Shown here: positions 26,884 through 35,326 of the stretch, piece by piece
Layout of the letters: each line of letters begins with the position of its first letter
Position numbering within the stretch: the stretch's first letter is position 1
DNA from: Bacteroidales bacterium
Lineage (GTDB): Bacteria > Bacteroidota > Bacteroidia > Bacteroidales > UBA6680
Direction: 5' to 3'
NCBI GenBank assembly: GCA_025210735.1
Contig: JAOARD010000047.1
Location: 69,579 to 133,578 of the forward strand
Length of the DNA: 64,000 bases
Translations under genes and position numbers: made by a program
The notes under the pieces: generated by a model
Seen by the model: the letters and a program-made list of their open reading frames with translations, nothing else
The model's database searches: none
What the model was told of the DNA's origin: nothing

Positions 26884-29121
26884 CTATTTGTCAGAGTATA
26901 ACCAATAGTATGAACACTCATTAATAATATCGTTTACATAGTTTGTGTTACTATACTCATCCTTTAACATATCAAACTCTTTACGATATCCCATATCAAT
27001 TTTTCGCTTTTCAAGTACCGAAACACTCTCAGGGTTCCATCCTACCGATCTGTAGTCGATATCGTTTTTATTACAATATATATAGTAGTTACTCTGTCTT
27101 GCTTTTGCTGCACCAAACAGACATTTAGCCTTCATCTCTTTATCTGTGGTAGATTTATATGCTTTAACATAGTTATTAAATGCAACAGAACAATCAGCAT
27201 TACCATGTATTTCATAACTTGATCTATAATACTCTTTAGCATTCCAGCAAACACCAAAATAGGTAGTGTTGTAGTATGCATTACCTAACAGGAAGTAATC
27301 AAATGTAGATGCCTTATCAGTATCAACAAGACCTTTTATTTTAATCAGGATATTAACAAACTTTAGCTTTGAGTATTTTATAGCTGGTTTATCAATATTT
27401 ATTTTATCCTCCGGATAGAAGTTAAACGGATTATAACTCAGATAGAAATCAGGATAGCTCTCTGCAATAACCTTAGGTTTTACCTCCGTAAACAGATCCC
27501 TTGCTTTCTCAAGCTTATCCTCTTTTAGATATGCTGTAGCCAACATCTCTTTAAGAACCATCAATCTGTAACTTTTTTTATCTGATTTCTTCTCCTTTCT
27601 CCATTCGTTATGTATAAAATATTTCCAGTAGTTAGGTATAAGAACTCTTTTAATAAACTCCGATTTATTGTTATCATTCTCTACAGCAATCAGCTTCTTT
27701 ACATTATCAATATTAAGATCACTACGCAGAGTTGATATACCTCCTTTAAACATAAATTCCATGTTGCTGTTTTCGCCTCGCATAAGCTGTAGCCACTTAA
27801 GCGATATTGATTCAAGCTCAGAATTATAGACCTTCATAAATCTGTTCTCACCATTCAACAGATCATCATTCTCTATTGATAATAGTGCTGTAAGTGATCT
27901 GTTAAGGTCAAGCTGTTTTTTAAACTCCTTTTTCCCCTTCTCAGATACTTTTGCAACAATACTCTTTGATTCATCCAGCTTACCTGTAAGAATCTTAAGA
28001 TACGATTTAGCAACCCTATAGAAATCTTTAGTCTTTACACGTTTATTAACAAGAGCAATATCAATAAATCTGTTTACCCTGTTTATATAGTCAACAATCT
28101 GTTTATCGGTATTCTTATTGTTGTATATCTTATATAATACAGATTCTGACATATCATTATCCATTACATGCGCCTCTATCTTATTTATCTCACGTGTAAT
28201 AAGCGATGGTAAAAAGTCTGATGCCGGATCTATCTCATATATCTTCTCAATATCGTACATACCAACAGATGCAGGAGCAAGTGCCCTGTTAAAATATAGT
28301 GCTATACGCTCATCATTGGTTTTACATCGTGCCAAAACATCGTCCCACTCATTGTCTGTTTTAAACTTTAAAGAGTAGTATACAGATGATCTGTTACCCG
28401 GCGAGTTAGCAAACACCTTTACAAAATTATATAATCCGGTAACCCTGCTTCCTAATATTATCTGAACTCCGGCAATATGGTTAAGTGCCCAGTACTTCAT
28501 CAACTCAGAGCCATCAACATTCACATAGTTGTTCTTATAAAAGTTATGACATCTGTCATACTTCTTACCGTAACGCAGAAGTTTAATATACTGGAATCCC
28601 CATCTGCTCTTAAGAAACTGATCTGACTCTTCAGAATACTTATCAAAGGCTTCATCGGCATATTTTAGTATCTCCGGAATATCATTCTCGCTATCGTCCC
28701 AATAGTCGTAATTATTACAGTACTGCTCTATCTGTTTTGAGAAGATCAGGTAAGCCATCTCCTTTTTATACATTCTGGCAATTGTATTAAGCACCGAACT
28801 ATTTGATGCCCCTCTCATAGCCTCCTTAAGCGATTCTGCAGGTAGTTTATATACCAACTCATCAACCTTATCGTAGGTTAAAGGTTTTCCGAAATAGTTA
28901 AGCCACTCCTTAATATTTGCATCCTTCTCTGATCCAAATTCAAATGACATTCTTCCTATATCATCATACATTAACCGGGCATAACGTCCCTCTGCTAATA
29001 CATATTTGGGGTTAAAGAATGAGTAGTTACTAAACTCATCGCCATAATAACCACAACCAGATAATTTACCTGCATACAAAAAGCTAATTAAAGCTATTAC
29101 GCAGATTTTCAAATTTCTCAT
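26884..29121 (-). CDS. Large lipoprotein, function unknown.
   Basis: 745 aa. Signal peptide plus lipobox 'AGKLSGC'. It is helix-rich and TPR-like in places, with no catalytic motif that I recognise. Confidence 0.75.
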   Translation of the reverse strand: MRNLKICVIALISFLYAGKLSGCGYYGDEFSNYSFFNPKYVLAEGRYARLMYDDIGRMSFEFGSEKDANIKEWLNYFGKPLTYDKVDELVYKLPAESLKEAMRGASNSSVLNTIARMYKKEMAYLIFSKQIEQYCNNYDYWDDSENDIPEILKYADEAFDKYSEESDQFLKSRWGFQYIKLLRYGKKYDRCHNFYKNNYVNVDGSELMKYWALNHIAGVQIILGSRVTGLYNFVKVFANSPGNRSSVYYSLKFKTDNEWDDVLARCKTNDERIALYFNRALAPASVGMYDIEKIYEIDPASDFLPSLITREINKIEAHVMDNDMSESVLYKIYNNKNTDKQIVDYINRVNRFIDIALVNKRVKTKDFYRVAKSYLKILTGKLDESKSIVAKVSEKGKKEFKKQLDLNRSLTALLSIENDDLLNGENRFMKVYNSELESISLKWLQLMRGENSNMEFMFKGGISTLRSDLNIDNVKKLIAVENDNNKSEFIKRVLIPNYWKYFIHNEWRKEKKSDKKSYRLMVLKEMLATAYLKEDKLEKARDLFTEVKPKVIAESYPDFYLSYNPFNFYPEDKINIDKPAIKYSKLKFVNILIKIKGLVDTDKASTFDYFLLGNAYYNTTYFGVCWNAKEYYRSSYEIHGNADCSVAFNNYVKAYKSTTDKEMKAKCLFGAAKARQSNYYIYCNKNDIDYRSVGWNPESVSVLEKRKIDMGYRKEFDMLKDEYSNTNYVNDIINECSYYWLYSDK

Positions 29122-30097
29122 AATTGTTTAAGTTTACCAATTTACTATTCAGATTATACAGGATAACTTTCTCCGGAGCTTTGTTCATCTTACTGTTAAT
29201 AAGTGTTGCTCCTTCTATTATATCATCAAAGCTAACCTCCTCTACTCTAATCACATCATCAATATAGAGATACTGTCCGTTAAAGTACCCATTTGTTTTA
29301 ACTTTCAGTTTACCATGTTCCGCAATAAACATACCAGTACCTGTTGTATCGCTAAAATTCATTGGGTGTATTATTTTAACAGGTTTTCCGAATCTGTACA
29401 CAACACCCCATGAGAATAGTGGTAATGCAACATCAAGTGGTAGTTTATACTTACTTATGTTTCCTATATAACTCTCTAATATTCTGATATCAAATATTGA
29501 ATTATTTGTGCTCGGTTTATAAATATCGCCCATATTATATACCATAAGAGCTCCACGGTCAACCGGTGGAACACCTGTAATTTCAGGATACTTAATCTGG
29601 TGCAGGCGTATTGTTACCGATAGCTGAATATTGTCATCCAACTCATCTCTTATCCTCTTTAGCAGCTCAAAGTATATTGGTCTGCTCTTCTTTGTCCAGT
29701 CACAATCTATCTGTATCTGGTTAATATCCTGAATACTATATTTATCGGCTATCTTATTTATGAGTGTCACAACATCCTTTGCCAGCGTCGCTACCTTGTT
29801 TCCCGGAATATTGTACAACGATCTGTTTGTAATAAATACACATGGTATTATATCTCTGTTTAATACTGTGCTATCTATATTTACAACAGATTTTGGTCTG
29901 AAAGCATACCTCTTATTTTTAATATCTATATCGAAAAAACGAACATAAAGATCCTCTACATTAAGTTTTTGAAGTAGTGCTGCTTTATCTGTTGATATCT
30001 CTGCACTGTTTTTCCAGTTATAGAATGATATATCGGTTTTTGAGTTACTACAAGCAATCAACAGAACTATACATAGTCCTGATAAAAATCTGATCAT
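29084..30097 (-). CDS. Lipoprotein, function unknown (possibly TIM-barrel-like).
   Basis: 337 aa. Lipobox 'LLIAC'. The internal 'IQIDCDW' and alternating beta/alpha pattern are suggestive only. The 3' end overlaps the next gene's start by 38 nt. Confidence 0.7.
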   Translation of the reverse strand: MIRFLSGLCIVLLIACSNSKTDISFYNWKNSAEISTDKAALLQKLNVEDLYVRFFDIDIKNKRYAFRPKSVVNIDSTVLNRDIIPCVFITNRSLYNIPGNKVATLAKDVVTLINKIADKYSIQDINQIQIDCDWTKKSRPIYFELLKRIRDELDDNIQLSVTIRLHQIKYPEITGVPPVDRGALMVYNMGDIYKPSTNNSIFDIRILESYIGNISKYKLPLDVALPLFSWGVVYRFGKPVKIIHPMNFSDTTGTGMFIAEHGKLKVKTNGYFNGQYLYIDDVIRVEEVSFDDIIEGATLINSKMNKAPEKVILYNLNSKLVNLNNYEKFENLRNSFN

Positions 30098-30261
30098 AAG
30101 TTAACAGGTATTTGTTACACAAATCTAATCAATTATATCCTTGTATATTACCATTTATACAATTTATTATATACTGTAATAACAGGTTTTGCTTTATGTT
30201 CTCCTCTCTTGGTAAAAATGATTAAATTAGTAACAACCAATTATATAAAAACCAATATATT

Positions 30262-31950
30262 ATGAAGAGAGTCTTTCTACTATTAACTGCCTGTGTATGC
30301 CTGATAGCAAACGCACAAGACAGAATTACCGGAAAACAGTTTGCCACCCGGTCTGAGGTTATAGCACAAAACGGAATGGCATGTACTAGTCAGCCAATTG
30401 CCACACAGGTTGCAATTGATATTCTTAAGAAAGGAGGAAATGCCATTGATGCTGCCATTGCTGCAAATGCTGTTCTTGGTCTTGTTGAACCAACCGGAAA
30501 TGGTATTGGAGGCGATCTGTTTGCTATAATATGGGATGCCAAAACAGAGAAACTTTACGGATTAAATGCCAGTGGCAGATCGCCCAAAAGTCTGAATGTT
30601 GAGTATTTCAGAGATAATGGATATAAAAAGATTCCTTCGTTTGGCCCGCTTCCGGTATCGGTTCCGGGATGTGTTGACGGATGGTTTGAGATGCACAACA
30701 GGTTTGGCAAAATGAAGATGAAGGAGATTCTTAATCCTGCAATTACATATGCAAAAGATGGTTTTCCGGTAACTGAGCTCATTGCTTATTATTGGAAACG
30801 AAATGCAGAGATTCTTAAACAGTATCCTAATTTTAGCACGGTATATATGCCAAACGGAAAAGCTCCCGCAAAGGGTGAGATATTCAGGAATCCGTATCTG
30901 GCAAATACACTTGAGAAGATATCTAAAGGGGGGCGCGATGCTTTTTATAAAGGCGATATAGCAAAGACTATTGCAAAATATATGAAACAGAATGGTGGCT
31001 TCCTGAGTTATAACGATCTTGCTACACACAAATCGGAATGGGTAGAGCCTATATCAGTAAATTACCGTGGTTATGATGTTTGGGAGTTACCACCAAACGG
31101 ACAAGGTACAGCAGCTCTGCAGATGCTGAATATTCTTGAGAAATATAACATCAGAGAAATGGGATTTGGCAGTAAGGAGTATGTACATCATTTTGTAGAG
31201 GCCAAGAAACTGGCTTTTGAAGACAGGGCAAAGTTTTATGCTGATCCTGATTTTGCAAAGATACCAATAGCGAAACTTATATCTGACTCATATGCCGATA
31301 AACGAAGAGCACTTATAAACCCTGAAAAGGCAGCAAAGAGTTTTGATGCAGGAGAACTTGAGCAAGGCAATACAATATATCTTACTGTAGCTGATAAGTA
31401 TGGTAATATGGTTTCGCTTATACAGAGTAATTATCGTGGTATGGGTTCTGGAATGACTCCTGATAATCTGGGTTTTGTTCTGCAAGACAGAGGTGAGTTG
31501 TTTAATATTACTGATGATAACCATATGAATGCTTACAAACCAGGAAAGAGACCTTTTCATACAATTATTCCGGCATTTATTACAAAGGATGGTAAACCAT
31601 GGGTTAGCTTTGGTTTAATGGGTGGAAGTATGCAACCACAAGGACACGTTCAGATAGTAATTAATATGATAGATTTTGACATGAATCTGCAGGAGGCAGG
31701 TGATGCACCAAGAATAAGGCACGATGGATCGTCGCAACCAACAGGTGAGAAGATGAAGAACGGAGGTGTTGTACAACTTGAGAACGGATTTAATTACAAT
31801 GTGATACGAGAACTTATGAAGATGGGGCATAAAGTTTCATATTCAAACGGAGGTTATGGAGGCTATCAGGCAATAATGGTAAACAACAAAACAAAGGTAT
31901 ACTTTGGTGCATCAGAATCAAGAAAAGACGGACAATCAGCAGGATACTAA
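30262..31950 (+). CDS. ggt: Gamma-glutamyltransferase.
   Basis: 562 aa with a signal peptide. It has 'GGNA.DAA.A', the autoprocessing/nucleophile region 'QGNTIYLTVADKYGNMVSLIQSNY', then 'PGKRPFHTIIP' and 'GLMGGSMQPQGHVQ', all hallmark GGT blocks. Confidence 0.9.
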   Translation: MKRVFLLLTACVCLIANAQDRITGKQFATRSEVIAQNGMACTSQPIATQVAIDILKKGGNAIDAAIAANAVLGLVEPTGNGIGGDLFAIIWDAKTEKLYGLNASGRSPKSLNVEYFRDNGYKKIPSFGPLPVSVPGCVDGWFEMHNRFGKMKMKEILNPAITYAKDGFPVTELIAYYWKRNAEILKQYPNFSTVYMPNGKAPAKGEIFRNPYLANTLEKISKGGRDAFYKGDIAKTIAKYMKQNGGFLSYNDLATHKSEWVEPISVNYRGYDVWELPPNGQGTAALQMLNILEKYNIREMGFGSKEYVHHFVEAKKLAFEDRAKFYADPDFAKIPIAKLISDSYADKRRALINPEKAAKSFDAGELEQGNTIYLTVADKYGNMVSLIQSNYRGMGSGMTPDNLGFVLQDRGELFNITDDNHMNAYKPGKRPFHTIIPAFITKDGKPWVSFGLMGGSMQPQGHVQIVINMIDFDMNLQEAGDAPRIRHDGSSQPTGEKMKNGGVVQLENGFNYNVIRELMKMGHKVSYSNGGYGGYQAIMVNNKTKVYFGASESRKDGQSAGY

Positions 31951-31959
31951 ATAAAAAGT

Positions 31960-32000
31960 GAAAGCCCCTTTGAATACAACTGTGTTCAACCGGGGCTTTC
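31960..32000 (+). terminator. Hairpin after ggt.
   Basis: gaaagcccc (31960..31968) pairs with ggggctttc (31992..32000), with an inner ttgaa.aca/tgt.ttcaa stem. The trailing T-run is weak. Confidence 0.45.
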
Positions 32001-32216
32001 TAATTAACAACCAACCGTAATTTTATGACTATCCTGTTTGTACTCCATATAACAAAAACTAACTACAAGAGCACACGGTTTAAGGTTACTAATATTGTGT
32101 TATCCAAATAGAAATATCTCGTGATGAGATATAATACAAAACCGAAACAAAAGTAATCAGTTTACCCATTCATAAAACAGATAGTTTACCTTTTGCTTAC
32201 CACTAAAACATCTGTT

Positions 32217-35015
32217 TTAAAGCTTCATAATCTTCCTGGTTATCTCACCAGACAATGTATTAATATTGATAATATAAATTCCGGATTGCAGATTATCTGT
32301 ATTAACAATATAGCTATCAGACCATACATTGTATCTGTTAATTAATCCACCTCCGGTATTATACACAGCAATGGTCTCTATAATATTATCAGACTCAATT
32401 ATAAAAAACGATTTAACCGGGTTTGGATAGATATTTATTGTTAAAGCTTCCCGGTTATCAACATTGGTACTTATATCTTTAATAAGCATTGTAAAATCTT
32501 CAGTAAATCTTAGTCCGCTATTATCAATTGCGTCAATTGCAATACCATATTCTTTATAATCAACATCTTCAAATCCGGATTTCACAATAAGTTTGTTACC
32601 CTGTATTTGAAAATGATCATTATCTGATATCTCAAAACTAAGCTGATCGCCACTGTCAGGATCAGTTCCTGATATAATTGCAACTTCAGTTCCTGTAACA
32701 GTATTTTTAAGTACCTCAACATTCGATAAAGATATATCTGTTGGCCTCTCATTTATATCTGTTATTGATATGGTAAACTCTTTCTCTATATACTCACCTC
32801 CATTATCTGTTACTTTAACCCTTATTGCATATGAGTTTTTCCCTTCATAATCAGATTTCGCCTCAACCAGAAGTTTATCTCCCGATATTGTAAATGCTGC
32901 ATTATCGTTACCTGTACCTGTAAAACTATATGTAAAGGTATCGCCTGCATCGGTATCTGTGGCACTAAAAACTCCTATCTCTGTACCTTTGGCACAGTTT
33001 TCATCTACACAGTTTTCAGATAATTTAAGTTCCGATGGTTTGTCGTTAATATTATTAACTGTAATTGTTAAATCAGATTCTGTAAAAAGCCCCCCGTTAT
33101 CTGTTCCACGTACCTTTATTGTATAACTGCTCTTTGTCTCAAAATCTACATCTGTATTTGTTTTAAGAGAGTTCCCAGATATCTGAAACGAACTATTATC
33201 GGTACCTCCTGATGCAAATGTATAAGTAAAGCTATCTCCATCATCAACATCGGTAACAGATAGTTGGCCTATAACTGTACCTACAGATACATTTTCATTT
33301 ATCCGGTTATTCGTAATCTGTAAATTATCTGGTTGTTCATTCTCATTTGTAACAGAAATATTTATATCCTTCTCTGTTGACAGTCCTCCGTTATCTTCCG
33401 CTTTAATTCTTACTGTATATGTCTTTTTTGTTTCATAATCAAACGTACTATTTGTCTTTAATACATTACCTGTAATCTGAAATGAGTTATTATCAGTACC
33501 TCCTGATGCAAAAGTATATGTTACACCATCACCCGTATCCTGATCTGTAGATGATATGGTACCAACATCTGTGCCCGAACTCATATTCTCCTGAATTGAG
33601 TTGTTTGTTAACTGAATATTCTCTGGTGCTTCATTTATACCGGAGACAGTAATTGTAAAGTTCTCTTCATAAAACAGATCTCCGTTATCGGTGGTTCGTA
33701 TCTTTACTGAATAACTATCTTTTGTTTCAAAATCAATATCAGTATTAGTCTGAAGTGCATTACCTGATATTCTGAATGAGCTATTATCAGCTCCTCCTGA
33801 TGCAAAGGTATATGTAAAATTATCTCCACTATCAACATCAGTTGTTGTAAAGGTTCCTATACTTGTCCCAACAGATACATTTTCTGTAATCTGATTATTT
33901 GATAATTGTAACGCCGTAGGATTTTCGTTTACATTTGATACTGTAATTGTAACAGTCTCATTATCGGAAAATTTACCATCATTAACATTAACTGTAACAT
34001 CTATTGTTGGCGTAACCTCCTTATTAAGTAAAGTATTACTCTTAACTTTTATCACTCCGTCAACCTCTCCTATCTCAAATGTATTTGTAGCATCGGTAAT
34101 TGAATATGTAGCAGGGTTCTTAACAGGGTCAGCATCTGTAAACTCAATAGTTCCAACAGTAGTTGCATTTGCTGAGTTCTCAGGTACAGATAGTGTTGTT
34201 GTTGTTATTACCGGTTCGTTATCGTTAACCTGTACTGTAATATTATTTGTTATAAGTGTCTGTCCTGAGAATTCTGTATTGGTCATTTCGCATGTATATA
34301 CACCTATTGATGTTGGTGTATACTTACTTGTTGTTGCACCTGAAATTGTATTTCCGTCTTTCTTCCATACAAATACCGTATTTACACTATTTATCGTCTC
34401 CTCTGCAGATAGATCAATCTCCTGATTTACATAAACTATTCTCTCTTTATAAAGATCTTTCTGAGGAAAACGATTTTCAATAGAGTTGCCTATAAGGATA
34501 TTTATCTGTGAAAAAGGAAGTCGGTTATTCCTGCAATCAAGAAGATCAAACTCATGAGATGTAGGTATACTTATTGTCTCAATCTCATTATTATTACAGT
34601 ATAACTGATTCAATGTTGTATTAGAAGAGAGGTTTAACGCTGTTATTTGGTTGTTATCACAAAACAGTCTGGTTAGAAGAAGATTATTTGATATATCAAT
34701 GCTAGTCAATGAATTATCGTTACATACAATCTTCAGCAATTTTACAAATACCGACAAATCTATAGATTCCAGACTCTTACCATTAACATTTAACTCCTGA
34801 ATGCGTTTCGGATTATCTGATGACCATGTTACACCTGTCCATGAGCCGTAATCTGTTCCTGACCATCCTAACGTATTAGATAGGTTATCATTAAGCATTT
34901 TATTTAATCCGGCAACATCACCATCGTGAAAACCATCATCATTTGAGTCCTGAGCCGATACTGCTATTATACCATACTGGCATATAAAGCATACAATAAG
35001 TAATATTTTCTTCAT
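32217..35015 (-). CDS. Surface adhesin-like protein with leucine-rich repeats, six cadherin-like domains and a T9SS C-terminal sorting domain.
   Basis: 932 aa with a signal peptide. LRRs appear as 'L..L.C..N.LT.(I/L)D(I/L)S.N..L'. The six ~98-aa units follow 'NE.P..(L/I).(L/I).N..I.EN...GT.(I/V)G......D.D.GD.(F/V)TY.FASGG.DN..F.I.GN.L.T....D(F/Y)E.K..Y...(I/V)...D.GG'. The C-terminus INIYPNPVKSFFIIE...SGIYIININTLSGEITRKIMKL is a T9SS CTD. Confidence 0.85.
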   Translation of the reverse strand: MKKILLIVCFICQYGIIAVSAQDSNDDGFHDGDVAGLNKMLNDNLSNTLGWSGTDYGSWTGVTWSSDNPKRIQELNVNGKSLESIDLSVFVKLLKIVCNDNSLTSIDISNNLLLTRLFCDNNQITALNLSSNTTLNQLYCNNNEIETISIPTSHEFDLLDCRNNRLPFSQINILIGNSIENRFPQKDLYKERIVYVNQEIDLSAEETINSVNTVFVWKKDGNTISGATTSKYTPTSIGVYTCEMTNTEFSGQTLITNNITVQVNDNEPVITTTTLSVPENSANATTVGTIEFTDADPVKNPATYSITDATNTFEIGEVDGVIKVKSNTLLNKEVTPTIDVTVNVNDGKFSDNETVTITVSNVNENPTALQLSNNQITENVSVGTSIGTFTTTDVDSGDNFTYTFASGGADNSSFRISGNALQTNTDIDFETKDSYSVKIRTTDNGDLFYEENFTITVSGINEAPENIQLTNNSIQENMSSGTDVGTISSTDQDTGDGVTYTFASGGTDNNSFQITGNVLKTNSTFDYETKKTYTVRIKAEDNGGLSTEKDINISVTNENEQPDNLQITNNRINENVSVGTVIGQLSVTDVDDGDSFTYTFASGGTDNSSFQISGNSLKTNTDVDFETKSSYTIKVRGTDNGGLFTESDLTITVNNINDKPSELKLSENCVDENCAKGTEIGVFSATDTDAGDTFTYSFTGTGNDNAAFTISGDKLLVEAKSDYEGKNSYAIRVKVTDNGGEYIEKEFTISITDINERPTDISLSNVEVLKNTVTGTEVAIISGTDPDSGDQLSFEISDNDHFQIQGNKLIVKSGFEDVDYKEYGIAIDAIDNSGLRFTEDFTMLIKDISTNVDNREALTINIYPNPVKSFFIIESDNIIETIAVYNTGGGLINRYNVWSDSYIVNTDNLQSGIYIININTLSGEITRKIMKL
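32483..34229 (-). repeat. Six tandem ~294-bp cadherin-domain coding repeats.
   Basis: The DNA string cctcctgatgcaaa(t/a/g)gtata recurs near 33201, 33500 and 33790 at about 294-nt spacing. The protein units are listed under the CDS. Confidence 0.8.
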
Positions 35016-35261
35016 ATCTGTTCTTCAGTTTACTAACCAAATCAATATATAAGTTATTAAAAACTTTCGTTAACGTCAATAGATATACTTATTTTTTCTT
35101 CCACTTTACACAGGTTATTAGTATCTGAACTATTGATATTATTGAAAAATAATGATCTGTCAATGGTTAGGAATCTAAGAAAATATTTATGCAGGGGAGT
35201 TATGTTTATATAATTTTTTTGTAGAACCGAATCTTACTGTTCGGTTTTATACTAATATGAT

Positions 35262-35293
35262 AAAAAAATAGAGCGATACTACAGTACCGCTCT
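35262..35293 (-). terminator. Intrinsic terminator after the M16 peptidase gene.
   Basis: The minus strand reads agagcg-gtactgtagtat-cgctct followed by auuuuuuua. Confidence 0.6.
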
Positions 35294-35326
35294 AATTATA
35301 ACTTGCCTGATTAATCAGGTATATTT

